Part shown: positions 34,882-43,391 of the stretch, one piece after another
Layout of the letters: every line of letters begins with the position of its first letter
Numbering within the stretch: the stretch's first letter is position 1
Origin: Anaerolineales bacterium
GTDB lineage: Bacteria > Chloroflexota > Anaerolineae > Anaerolineales > Villigracilaceae
Assembly (NCBI GenBank): GCA_034433385.1
Contig: DAOUAN010000154.1
Span: forward strand, 3,806-67,805
Direction: 5' to 3'
DNA: 64,000 nt
Made by a program: the position numbers and the translations under genes
Notes under the pieces: generated by a model
What the model was told of the DNA's origin: nothing
Database searches by the model: none
Seen by the model: the letters and a program-made list of their open reading frames with translations, nothing else

Positions 34882-36690
34882 ATGACCCAAACTCCTCCGC
34901 GCTGGGATATGACCAATGTCTATCCCTCTCTCGAATCCGCTGAATTCAAAGCCGCTGTGGAAGACTACAAAAAGCAGGTGGCGGCCCTGGAGAAGTTCTT
35001 CAACCAGAAAGTCAGTAAGACCACGGTGCGTACGTCGGTGAAAGAGCTGGCGGATCTGACTGGCAAGATGATTGATCGCATCAATGCCATTCAGACGCTT
35101 TCGTCCACTATCGTGCCTTTCATCTACTCTTACGTTACGACCGATTCGCGCAACAAACTGGCCATGCGCACCCTCTCTGAATTTGAGCAGGCCAGCCTGC
35201 CCATGGAAAAACTCCAGGTGCAGTTCAAGGCCTGGCTGGGGCGCATTGCTCCCAAGTTGGATAAAGTCATTGCTCTGAACAAATCGGCGCAGGCACACGC
35301 CTTTATGCTCAAAGAAGCGGCCGAGCAAAGCAAATACCTGATGAGCGAAGCCGAAGAATCGCTGGCGGCCGAACTTTCCCTTAGCGGAGGCAACGCCTTC
35401 AGCAAATTGCAGGGCACGGTGACCTCCCAGTTGACCGTGGATTTTGAGCTGGACGGCAAGGTGCAAAAGCTTCCCATGCCGGCGCTGATCAACCTGCGCT
35501 CGCACCCCGATGAAAACGTCCGCCGCCGTGCCTACGAGGCCGAGAACCAGGCCTGGGAGTCGGTCAAAGAGACGTTGGCCGCCTGCCTCAACGGGGTCAA
35601 GGGCGAAGCGATTACGTTGAACAAACGCCGGGGGCGCAAGGATGCTCTTCATTCGGCGATCGATGCTGCTCGCATTGATCGCAAAACGTTGGATGTCATG
35701 CTGGCGGCAATGGAAGCCTCCTTCCCCATGTTCCGTCGCTACTTTAAAAACAAAGCACAACGCCTCGGCAAAGAAAAACTGGCCTGGTGGGATGTCTTTG
35801 CTCCAATGGGCAAGACCGACCGGGTCTATACTTTTGATGAAGCCCGCGACTTCATTCTCGAAAACTTTGGTAAATTTTCCCCCGAATTGCGCGCCTTTGC
35901 CCAGCGTGCTTTTGACAATCACTGGATTGATGCCGAGCAACGCGAGGGCAAACGCGGCGGGGCCTTCTGCATGGAAGTGCAGGGTGTAAAAGAAAGCCGC
36001 ATCCTGTGTAACTTCGATGGCTCGTTTGACCAGGTCAGTACCATTGCCCATGAATTGGGTCATGCCTATCACAATGAATGTGCCTATCAGGCCAACAAGA
36101 CCGTCTTACAGCAACTGACGCCCATGACTCTGGCTGAGACGGCCTCGATCATGTGCGAAACCATTGTCACCGAGGCCGTGCTGGCGCAGACCACTGACCC
36201 GCAAGAAGAGCTGGCCGTGCTAGAAGCGCAGCTTCAGAATGCATCGCAAGTCATCGTGGATATTTATTCTCGCTTCCTGTTCGAAAAAGAAGTCTTTGAG
36301 CGCCGCGAACAGGCTGAACTCTCAGCCGATGATTTTTGTGAGATCATGGAGCGTGCCCAAAAAGCCACGTATGGCGATGGCCTCGACGAGCGTTACCTGC
36401 AAAAGTTTATGTGGACATGGAAGCCGCACTATTATTCCCCCGGCCTTTCGTTCTACAATTTCCCCTATGCCTTTGGCCTGCTCTTTGGGACCGGTCTGTA
36501 TGCCATTTACCAACAGCGTGGCGAGGCGTTTGTGTCCGAATACAAGAACTTGCTTGCTTCCACCGGCGAGGCTACGGCGGCCGATCTGGCAGCCCGCTTT
36601 GGCATTGACATCCGCAAACGCAAATTCTGGGAAGATAGCCTGGCGATCATTGGCCGCCGGGTTGACCGCTACTGCGAACTGAAAGCATAA
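34882..36690 (+). CDS. pepF: Oligoendopeptidase F family (peptidase M3B)
   Basis: HELGHAYH zinc motif (HExxH), about 600 aa. AGGAGA lies upstream of ATG 34882. Confidence 0.88.
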   Translation: MTQTPPRWDMTNVYPSLESAEFKAAVEDYKKQVAALEKFFNQKVSKTTVRTSVKELADLTGKMIDRINAIQTLSSTIVPFIYSYVTTDSRNKLAMRTLSEFEQASLPMEKLQVQFKAWLGRIAPKLDKVIALNKSAQAHAFMLKEAAEQSKYLMSEAEESLAAELSLSGGNAFSKLQGTVTSQLTVDFELDGKVQKLPMPALINLRSHPDENVRRRAYEAENQAWESVKETLAACLNGVKGEAITLNKRRGRKDALHSAIDAARIDRKTLDVMLAAMEASFPMFRRYFKNKAQRLGKEKLAWWDVFAPMGKTDRVYTFDEARDFILENFGKFSPELRAFAQRAFDNHWIDAEQREGKRGGAFCMEVQGVKESRILCNFDGSFDQVSTIAHELGHAYHNECAYQANKTVLQQLTPMTLAETASIMCETIVTEAVLAQTTDPQEELAVLEAQLQNASQVIVDIYSRFLFEKEVFERREQAELSADDFCEIMERAQKATYGDGLDERYLQKFMWTWKPHYYSPGLSFYNFPYAFGLLFGTGLYAIYQQRGEAFVSEYKNLLASTGEATAADLAARFGIDIRKRKFWEDSLAIIGRRVDRYCELKA

Positions 36691-36694
36691 AAGC

Positions 36695-37129
36695 ATGTCC
36701 CGCCGTCTGCTCTTTCTGCTGGCATTTCTGCTGGGGCTCCTGGCTGCCTGTGTGCCGGCTACAGCCACGCCACCCTCTGCGCCGCCGCTTGAAGCGCAGA
36801 TTCCAGAAAGCGAGATTCCGCGCATCCCTCTGGAAGAAGCGAAGGCTGCTTTCGATTCAGGTGCCGCCGTTTTTGTGGATGTGCGCAGCGCAACCTCCTA
36901 TGAGGCGGCTCACATCCCCGGAGCGTTATCCATCCCCCTGGCCGATCTCGAAGCGCGTCTTTCTGAGCTCGACCCGAATCAGTGGATCATCACCTACTGC
37001 ACCTGACCCAACGAAGAATCAAGCGCCCGTGCGGCGCAGATTTTGAAGGCTCACGGCTTTTCTCGCGTCAACCCCATTTTAGGTGGATTTCGCGCCTGGC
37101 AGGCGGCGGGCTATCCGGTTGAGCCATAA
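36695..37129 (+). CDS. Lipoprotein rhodanese-domain protein interrupted by an in-frame TGA at 37004-37006 (Sec candidate or pseudogene)
   Basis: Lipobox LLAAC. The rhodanese fold runs ...VFVDVRSATSYEAAHIPGALSIP...QWIITYCT-TGA-PNEESSARAAQILKAHGFSRVNPILGGFRAWQAAGYPVEP. The same frame continues to a TAA at 37127-37129. Confidence 0.55.
37016..37043 (+). other. SECIS-like hairpin 10 nt downstream of the in-frame TGA
   Basis: GAAUC-AA-GCGCC-CGUGC-GGCGC-A-GAUUU: 10 bp in total with an AA/A internal bulge. The apical loop contains GU, 23-24 nt from the UGA. Confidence 0.35.
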
Positions 37130-37182
37130 CGGCAAAGTTTTGCACTACACTTCCGGAAATGCTTTGTTGTAAACACGTTGCT

Positions 37183-37334
37183 GTGTCACTGCGAGGCGGT
37201 CAGAAAGGCTGCCGACCGCGCAGTGTGCCTGTGGCAAGCAGTCCCCCGCATGGGGGCAGAGATTGCTTCGCCGCCTTCAGCGGCTCGCAATGACACCAAA
37301 AACCAGGTTGGTCTTGTGCTTGCAACAGAGCATT
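37183..37334 (-). repeat. Palindromic GTCACTGCGAG...CTCGCAATGAC element, copy Y
   Basis: Terminal inverted repeats GTGTCACTGCGAG (37183-37195) and CTCGCAATGACAC (37284-37296). The right part is the reverse complement of 27724-27795. Confidence 0.7.
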
Positions 37335-37342
37335 CCGGAGAC

Positions 37343-37378
37343 AAAAACCGTCGGGAGAAGGCCCTCCCGACGGTTTTT
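37343..37378. terminator. Bidirectional rho-independent terminator between the rhodanese gene and gdh
   Basis: AAAAA-CCGTCGGGAG-aaggcc-CTCCCGACGG-TTTTT. Confidence 0.8.
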
Positions 37379-37401
37379 GTTTGTTTCCTTGAGCAAACTG
37401 C

Positions 37402-38700
37402 TTACCAGCCAGAACTCAGCCAGCCGCGCGTCTCCATTGCCTTGACCACGCGATCAATGGCGACCATGTAGGCAGCATCGCGCATGTACACGCCTTCTTT
37501 CTGGCTCAATTCCAGCACGGCATGGAAGGCGGAGGTCATCTTCGTATCCAGTTTTTGCAGCACTTCTTCCTTCGTCCAGTAGAAGTTCATGTCGTTTTGT
37601 ACCTGTTCGAAGTAAGAAGTGGTCACGCCGCCGGCATTGCACAGGAAATCGGGAATATCGAAGATCTTATTGGCTTTGAAGAATTCGTCCGCCTCAGGGG
37701 TGACTGGCCCGTTGGCGCCTTCGGCAACGATCCGCACCCGGCTGGACATCTTCTTGACTGTCTCGGCGTTGACGTGGCCTTCAATGGCGGCCGGAATCAG
37801 CACATCGGCCTCTTTGGTAATCCAGGCATCGCCATCTTCGACGATATAGCCCGCAGCTTCGGCTTTCTTGCGGTCAATCGTGCCATATTCATCGGTGATG
37901 GAGAGCAAGAAGCGGGGATTAATGCCATCCTTATGGCTGTAGGTGTAGGCTTTCTTGTCGTGGCGATCCCAGCAGGAGACACAGGCCACCTTTCCGCCCA
38001 AAATTTCCACGAAGCCAATGGCTGCATACTGGGCTACGTTGCCAAAACCTTCAATGGCGGCCACTGCTTTGGTCGGATCCATCTTGAGGTGGCGCATGGC
38101 CTCGCGCACGGTGTAGATGACGCCAAATCCGGTCGCTTCAGTGCGGCCCAACGAACCACCGCTGCCCAGCGGCTTGCCGGTGAACACGCCGGGGGTATAT
38201 TGCCCGACGAGTTTGGAGTATTCATCCATCATCCAGCCCATCATTTGTGGTGTAGTGCCAACATCCGGGGCGGGGACATCATTGCGCGGGCCGATGTTCT
38301 TCCACATGGCGCGCACCCAGCCGCGGCACAGTTGTTCTTTTTCGTGCACCGAGAGCGTGGCCGGATCGACCACCACGCCGCCCTTGCCGCCACCCAGGGG
38401 AATGTCGGCCACGGCGCATTTCCAGGTCATCCAGGTGGCCAGGGCGCGGACGGTGTCCAGCGTCTCGGCCGGATGGAAGCGGATGCCGCCTTTGTTCGGC
38501 CCACGTGCATCGTTGTGCTGCACGCGGAAGCCCTGGAAAACTTTCATCGAGCCATCGTCCATGCGCACCGGAATGCGGAAGGAATATTCGCGCATCGGCC
38601 AGCGCAGCATTTCCGCAACAGCCGGATCGAGGTTGAGCATTTTGGCAACGGCATCAAATTGTTTTTGCGCCATTTCAAAAGCATTAATCTGAGCGGACAT
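37402..38700 (-). CDS. gdh: Glutamate dehydrogenase
   Basis: FQGFRVQHNDARGPNKGGIRFHP, then GGGKGG and the GFGNVAQYAA dinucleotide fold. The start is set at MSAQINAF (ATG 38700), 6 nt after AGGAG. Confidence 0.93.
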   Translation of the reverse strand: MSAQINAFEMAQKQFDAVAKMLNLDPAVAEMLRWPMREYSFRIPVRMDDGSMKVFQGFRVQHNDARGPNKGGIRFHPAETLDTVRALATWMTWKCAVADIPLGGGKGGVVVDPATLSVHEKEQLCRGWVRAMWKNIGPRNDVPAPDVGTTPQMMGWMMDEYSKLVGQYTPGVFTGKPLGSGGSLGRTEATGFGVIYTVREAMRHLKMDPTKAVAAIEGFGNVAQYAAIGFVEILGGKVACVSCWDRHDKKAYTYSHKDGINPRFLLSITDEYGTIDRKKAEAAGYIVEDGDAWITKEADVLIPAAIEGHVNAETVKKMSSRVRIVAEGANGPVTPEADEFFKANKIFDIPDFLCNAGGVTTSYFEQVQNDMNFYWTKEEVLQKLDTKMTSAFHAVLELSQKEGVYMRDAAYMVAIDRVVKAMETRGWLSSGW

Positions 38701-38743
38701 AATCATCTCCTGAATACGTTGAGATTGTTTAGACAAAATATAA

Positions 38744-38776
38744 GCGGGCACCCCGGACGGGGAAGCCCGCTTTTTT
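38744..38776. terminator. Strong nested hairpin with flanking T/A runs in the gdh upstream region
   Basis: GCGGGC-aCCCCGgaCGGGGaa-GCCCGC followed by TTTTTT on the plus strand. On the minus strand it is followed by TTATATTTTG. It lies about 45 nt upstream of the gdh start. Confidence 0.5.
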
Positions 38777-39017
38777 ACCCTGTTATGTCAATAAAAACAA
38801 CCATAAATTCACACGTGCTTGCATGGTTAACTCGAAGTTAACCTTAATCGATAATTCAGTACCCGTCAATATGACAAAAATCGTGAATCCGAAATGTGGA
38901 AATCTAAGCCTGCTGCCCAAAAATCGAGGTGTCGCCTTTCAGGCTGTCTGCCCAGGATTTCTGGCCTCTTTCGTGACCGAGATTTCTCTTACCGCATCCT
39001 TGTTGCAGTACCGTCCA

Positions 39018-39821
39018 CTATTTTTCAAACCTCGGTGCTCGCCGTTCGAGAAAGGCGGCAACTCCCTCGCCATGCTCTGGGCGGTGACCTGCAATTTCTT
39101 GCAATTGCGCCTCATATTCCAGCACTTCTTCCAGGTTGGGCAACATGGCCCGGTTAAAGGCGCGTTTGGTTAGCCCATACGTGCCCAGCGGACCGTGTTC
39201 CATCTGGCGAGCCATTTCCAGGGTGACCTCTGCCAGCTGCTCGGCCGGCACCACACGATTCACCATGCCCCATTCCAGCGCCTGTCGGGCCGAAATAGGC
39301 GCATTGGTGAACGTAAATTCCGTAGCGCGCCCCAGCCCGATCAGAGCCGGTAACAACAAGGAAACGGCTGAATCGGGGACCAGGCCAATGCCGTTGAAGC
39401 CCACCACGAAGGTGGCCGTCTCCGCGGCCAGCCGCACATCACAGGCCAGGGCGATCCCCAGCGAGGCGCCGGCACACGGGCCGTTGACCGCGGCGATGAC
39501 CGGCTTTTCCAGGCGGCGGATTTGCAAAACAAGAGGATTATACGTTTGCAACAAATGCTCGCGATACGAGATGGTTTTCCCGTATGCCCGCATCTCCTCA
39601 ATATCCTGTCCGGCGCCAAAGACTCGCCCGTTGCCGGTAAGCACGATCACCCGTACCTGTGGGCTGCGTGCCGCTTCGCCAAAGGCGCTTTGCAGCGAGC
39701 GAATCAACTCCAGATTGAAGGCATTGGCCCGCTCCGGGCGATTGACAGTAAGAATCAAAATTCCGCCCGTCAGGCGGGCGCTGAGCGGGGCGGAATTCTC
39801 GGAAAAAGATGCAAAAGTCAA
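39018..39821 (-). CDS. Enoyl-CoA hydratase/isomerase (crotonase) family protein
   Basis: LTVNRPERANAFN, VIVLTGNGRVFGAGQDI and AAVNGPCAGASLGIALACD. Confidence 0.85.
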   Translation of the reverse strand: MTFASFSENSAPLSARLTGGILILTVNRPERANAFNLELIRSLQSAFGEAARSPQVRVIVLTGNGRVFGAGQDIEEMRAYGKTISYREHLLQTYNPLVLQIRRLEKPVIAAVNGPCAGASLGIALACDVRLAAETATFVVGFNGIGLVPDSAVSLLLPALIGLGRATEFTFTNAPISARQALEWGMVNRVVPAEQLAEVTLEMARQMEHGPLGTYGLTKRAFNRAMLPNLEEVLEYEAQLQEIAGHRPEHGEGVAAFLERRAPRFEK

Positions 39822-39848
39822 AGGACAACCTCGATCGTTAGTTTCAGA

Positions 39849-40208
39849 CTACGAATCGAAATCTTCATTCTCATCGTCGCCTGGGTCAAATTCATAAGCC
39901 ACTTGCTCCTGATCCAGGTAAACCCACAAGAGCAATACCTGGCCTTCGGGCGTATCCACATTGCGAGCCGCCAGAATGGGGGCACTCTGTTCCAGGCCCA
40001 TGTCGTTGCGGTAGTGCAGATGAATGGGCAGCTGATTGTGCCAGGCACGATAACAACGCTCTACCAACGCCGGGCCGTTGAATGTGCGCAAACGCGTCAG
40101 CGCCGGTACCAAAAGGCGCGGTCCCTCGCTCAAACCCATTGCCCACCCATCCTGTACCTGTTCAAATACGGGGGGCGGTCCTTCAATAATTGTGATTCTA
40201 TCGTCCAT
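39849..40208 (-). CDS. Hypothetical protein with an acidic C-terminal tail
   Basis: ORF with its likely start at MDDRITIIEG (ATG 40208). No recognised motif. Confidence 0.4.
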   Translation of the reverse strand: MDDRITIIEGPPPVFEQVQDGWAMGLSEGPRLLVPALTRLRTFNGPALVERCYRAWHNQLPIHLHYRNDMGLEQSAPILAARNVDTPEGQVLLLWVYLDQEQVAYEFDPGDDENEDFDS

Positions 40209-40278
40209 AAAGTCTCTTCTTTCTGGCAAAATCATACCACAAAATGACTATTCCTCCATTTCCGATTCCGAAACCTAT

Positions 40279-40697
40279 CCTAAGCTTTGTGCAATCAAGA
40301 GCGATTTCATGAAAAACGCTTCGAAAGTGAAAATTTTCAGCGGTTGGGTTACAGGTTGCCTCCATCCGCTTTCGTGGGAGGGATGCAGAGGTGCTCTTGT
40401 CCCGTCTGGTGCTTCCAACACCCCATCCCCCCGCCCCCTTCCCCGCAGACTGGTGACGCGTACGGCATATGCCTTTTGCGGGGAAGGGGGATGGAGGCTG
40501 CGGAGGGAAGGGGCGCCGTGCGCCCCTTCCCTCCGCCGGGCTTTCCCCTCCCCCGTCCGAGCGATGAACGTTGCGCTGCATGGGTTCACGGACGGGAGAG
40601 GGGCAGGGGTGGGGGCAGGCCGTGAAGATGGCAAGTGCAAAATCTCATCCCTGAGGTCGTTTTTCATGCTTTGTCCGCCAATTGCACAAAAGTTAGG
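40279..40697 (+). mobile_element. MITE-like element, long copy (419 bp) with an internal hairpin-rich insertion
   Basis: The left end is CCTAAGCTTTGTGCAATCAAGAGCGATTTCATGAAAAACGCTTCGAAAG. The right end is CTGAGGTCGTTTTTCATGCTTTGTCCGCCAATTGCACAAAAGTTAGG. The ends are imperfect inverted repeats (TTTTGTGC ... ATGAAAAAC). The core CTCCATCCGCTTTCGTGGGAGGGATGCAGAGG is shared with 61369-61652. Confidence 0.7.
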
Positions 40698-40709
40698 TTA
40701 TCAACTGTT

Positions 40710-40850
40710 GGTTCGCTCATTTTCAGAAGAGTTTTCCAGATTCGCCTTGATTTGTCTTACTCGCCTACGTTTGGTGCCATCAGGAGCGATTTACTGAAAA
40801 AGGCTTCGAAAGCAAAAATTCTAAAAACCGGCTTAAAAAATGAGCGAACC
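40710..40850. repeat. Perfect 14-bp inverted repeat bracketing the solo MITE end
   Basis: GGTTCGCTCATTTT (40710-40723) and AAAATGAGCGAACC (40837-40850), 113 bp apart. Confidence 0.5.
40764..40835 (+). mobile_element. MITE-like element, solo left end
   Basis: CCTACGTTTGGTGCCATCAGGAGCGATTTACTGAAAAAGGCTTCGAAAGCAAAAATTCT matches the left end of the copies at 61369 and 40279. No right end is present. Confidence 0.55.
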
Positions 40851-40878
40851 ATGAGGATCAGTTCGGTATAATGCAGCC

Positions 40879-41223
40879 ATGTACAAACTCGTCATCCTTT
40901 TTCAGCAACCGTTCGCCTGGCAAAACTTTCAACAGGGTTGGCAAAAATTCATGGGACTGGCTGAGCAAATGCCCGGCCTCATACGTGAGACGGTCGGCGA
41001 TGTGGAGCAAATGCTCTACGGCCCCGAAATCCAACGTTTTGCCAAAATTCATGAGCTGTATTTCGAATCGCGCCAGGCGCTGGAGACTGCCCTTCGCTCC
41101 GAGGCAGGGCAGGTTGCCGCTCGCTGGCTGCACGAATTTGGGCGCGGTCGCTTCATCCTCCTCATCGTCGAACACAAAGAAGCTTCTCCCAGCGACTTCA
41201 AAGCCCGGACACAATCTCCCTGA
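40879..41223 (+). CDS. EthD-domain family protein
   Basis: MYKLVILFQQP... small alpha/beta protein pattern (114 aa). Its 3-prime end overlaps the pyrD 3-prime end by 26 nt (convergent). Confidence 0.5.
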   Translation: MYKLVILFQQPFAWQNFQQGWQKFMGLAEQMPGLIRETVGDVEQMLYGPEIQRFAKIHELYFESRQALETALRSEAGQVAARWLHEFGRGRFILLIVEHKEASPSDFKARTQSP

Positions 41224-42274
41224 CCAGCCCAGGGCCGCGATACACCAGGCCGGTGAAGATTTGCACCAGGGTTGCACCCATCTCCAGGCGGCGCCGGGCG
41301 TCGAATGCGCTCATGATGCCTCCCACGCTGATGATGGGGATTCTCCCCTCCACCCGCTTCACAATTTGTCTCAAGGCCGCCTCGCTCTGGACCCGTAGCG
41401 GGCTGCCGCTTAATCCGCCGGCTTCTCCGCCCCATGCCGAGCGCAGCCCCGGCCGCGCCAGCGTGGTATTGGTGGCGATCACCCCATCCATGCCCGTAGC
41501 CAGGATCACACCCAGGGCCTCGTCCAGTTCACCTTCGGAGAGATCGGGAGAGAGTTTGACCAGGAGCGGGAGGCGTTTTTGCAGTCGGGCTTCTTCCAGC
41601 CGGCGTTGACGGTGCAACTCGCTGAGCAAACCCTCCAGGGCAGGGCCTCCCTGCAAGGCGCGCAGGCCAGGGGTGTTCGGTGAACTGACGTTGATGGTCA
41701 GGTAATCGGCATAGGGGGCAAAATTTTGAATCAGGCTCAGGTAATCAAAGACGGCCTCTTCGTTGGGGGTGTTCTTGTTTTTGCCCAAGTTTACGCCGAG
41801 AATGGCCGCCCATGGGCGGCGCGGGGGGCGCCGTCGGCGGGGTTGACCGCTGATTTTTTCCAGCCACCCCGTTTGAAGTCCGGGGTTGAGGCGCATTTGG
41901 ACGAATTCGGCCCCTCGGCTGGGGAATCCCATCCGGTTGATGATCGCTTCGTCTTCTACCAGGCGGAACACTCGCGGTCGTTCGTTGCCCGGCTGCGGCA
42001 ACGGGGTGACTGTGCCGATCTCGATGTGTCCGAAGCCCAGGGCAGAGAGCCCGCGGATGGCCAGGCCGTCTTTATCGTAGCCGGCGGCCAGTCCCACCGG
42101 GTTTTTGAAGGTGAGGCCAAAGGCGGTGACCGGTCGCGCCGGCGCCTGGAACAGCTTGGCGATCAGCCAGTTGACGGGTGGGAGGGAGCCGCTCAGGCGT
42201 AGCAGGGTGAGGGTGAGTTGGTGTGCCTGTTCGGGGTCGAGGCGAAAGAGCCAGGGGCGCAGGGTGGAATACAT
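41198..42274 (-). CDS. pyrD: Dihydroorotate dehydrogenase (quinone), class 2
   Basis: LFRLDPEQAHQLTL N-terminal helix region, GFGHIEIGTVTP, NVSSPNTPGLRALQ and GGI...A. Confidence 0.9.
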   Translation of the reverse strand: MYSTLRPWLFRLDPEQAHQLTLTLLRLSGSLPPVNWLIAKLFQAPARPVTAFGLTFKNPVGLAAGYDKDGLAIRGLSALGFGHIEIGTVTPLPQPGNERPRVFRLVEDEAIINRMGFPSRGAEFVQMRLNPGLQTGWLEKISGQPRRRRPPRRPWAAILGVNLGKNKNTPNEEAVFDYLSLIQNFAPYADYLTINVSSPNTPGLRALQGGPALEGLLSELHRQRRLEEARLQKRLPLLVKLSPDLSEGELDEALGVILATGMDGVIATNTTLARPGLRSAWGGEAGGLSGSPLRVQSEAALRQIVKRVEGRIPIISVGGIMSAFDARRRLEMGATLVQIFTGLVYRGPGLVREIVSGL

Positions 42275-42786
42275 CAGAATTTCTTTTGCCCGCTCAGGTT
42301 GAGGAAGTATTGGATGACTTCTTCTTCCGGGTGAGGCACGTCCATCAGAGCAAACATGGCGGCCAGCTCGCCGCGGTGATGGGTGTTGTGGTTGATGACG
42401 TGCATCAGCATTTGCCAGAGGGGCACGTGAAAAGTCTCGCCGCTAAAGTTCTGGTAGGTGATTTCTTGTTGCAGGCTTTCTTCTGTTTGGGAACGTACAA
42501 AGGAGAGCAGGGTCTGTTCGTGTTCCGCCCAGCGAGTGCGCAAGGATGCCAGGGTGGGGAAGTCTTCTTTGGGCAGGTGTCCTTTGGGAGATGTGCCATT
42601 CCAGCGTTGGAACCAGACCCATTCACTGCTGAACATGTGCACCAACACGGCGTGCACGTCGCCCCAGCTGTGGCCGTGGGGGCGGTGTAATTGTTCCGGG
42701 GTGAGGGTTTCGGCGACGGCCAGGTAACGGTGATTGGCCCAGGAATTGTATTCGTACAGGTGTTGGAGATAGGTAGTAAGGTTCAT
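42274..42786 (-). CDS. DinB family (four-helix bundle, metal-binding) protein
   Basis: YNSWANHRYL...HMFSSEWVW...HVINHNTHHRGELAAM. Its stop overlaps the pyrD start (TGATG). Confidence 0.8.
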   Translation of the reverse strand: MNLTTYLQHLYEYNSWANHRYLAVAETLTPEQLHRPHGHSWGDVHAVLVHMFSSEWVWFQRWNGTSPKGHLPKEDFPTLASLRTRWAEHEQTLLSFVRSQTEESLQQEITYQNFSGETFHVPLWQMLMHVINHNTHHRGELAAMFALMDVPHPEEEVIQYFLNLSGQKKF

Positions 42787-43391
42787 GATGCCTCTAAAAA
42801 TCTTCTACTTGCCTCGATTTTATCCTTTTCCACTTTTCCGTTTTGTTCCCAGTAATCCAGCCATTGGCTGATAGTGGCTACGGCGTGCAGGCGCAGGCCG
42901 GCCTGGGCCAGGGCTTCCTTGGCGCCAGATTGGCGGTCAATCAGCACGACGATGTCGCGCACAAGCAAGCCGGCAGCGGTCAGTTTTTCGATGGCTTCGA
43001 ATTTGCTCCCGCCGGTGGTAGCGAGATCGTCTATGATCACGACGGTTTCGCCGGGGTGATATTCGCCCTCGATGGCGGCTTTCGTGCCGTAGTCTTTGGC
43101 TTCTTTGCGCGGGTAGATCATCGGGTAATTGCCTTGCAGGGAGATGGCAGTAGCAATGGGAATGGCGGCGTAGGGCAGGGCGGCCAGGCGGTCGAACGAC
43201 AGCGTTTGCAGAATTGGCAGGTAAGCGGCAGCGACCTGCTTCAGCAGAGGCGGGTGCGAGATGAGTTGGCGCAGGTCAATGTAGATGGGCGATTTCAGCC
43301 CCGACTTGAGGGTGAATTCGCCAAACTTGACGCAGCCGGCGGCGAGCAGGCCGTCGGCGAGGGAGGAAAGGGGGGATGGTTGGTCGCTCAT
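42783..43391 (-). CDS. pyrE: Orotate phosphoribosyltransferase
   Basis: FTLKSGLKSPIYIDLR and the PRPP loop VVIIDDLATTGGSK. Confidence 0.9.
   Translation of the reverse strand: MSDQPSPLSSLADGLLAAGCVKFGEFTLKSGLKSPIYIDLRQLISHPPLLKQVAAAYLPILQTLSFDRLAALPYAAIPIATAISLQGNYPMIYPRKEAKDYGTKAAIEGEYHPGETVVIIDDLATTGGSKFEAIEKLTAAGLLVRDIVVLIDRQSGAKEALAQAGLRLHAVATISQWLDYWEQNGKVEKDKIEASRRFLEAS

Noticed and set aside
40078-40797. ORFs 40078-40797, 40198-40581, 40275-40667, 40287-40625, 61365-61709 and 61377-61733 as protein genes.
   Set aside because: They are encoded entirely by the MITE-like repeats on both strands. Their similarity is at the nucleotide level, and indels between copies break the frames.
41630-41830. 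The Arg/Pro-rich segment (GQPRRRRPPRRPWAA) in PyrD as a repeat-derived insertion.
   Set aside because: I could not see the heptad or MITE nucleotide signatures there, and I cannot judge the normal loop length without an alignment. It is left as part of the pyrD call.
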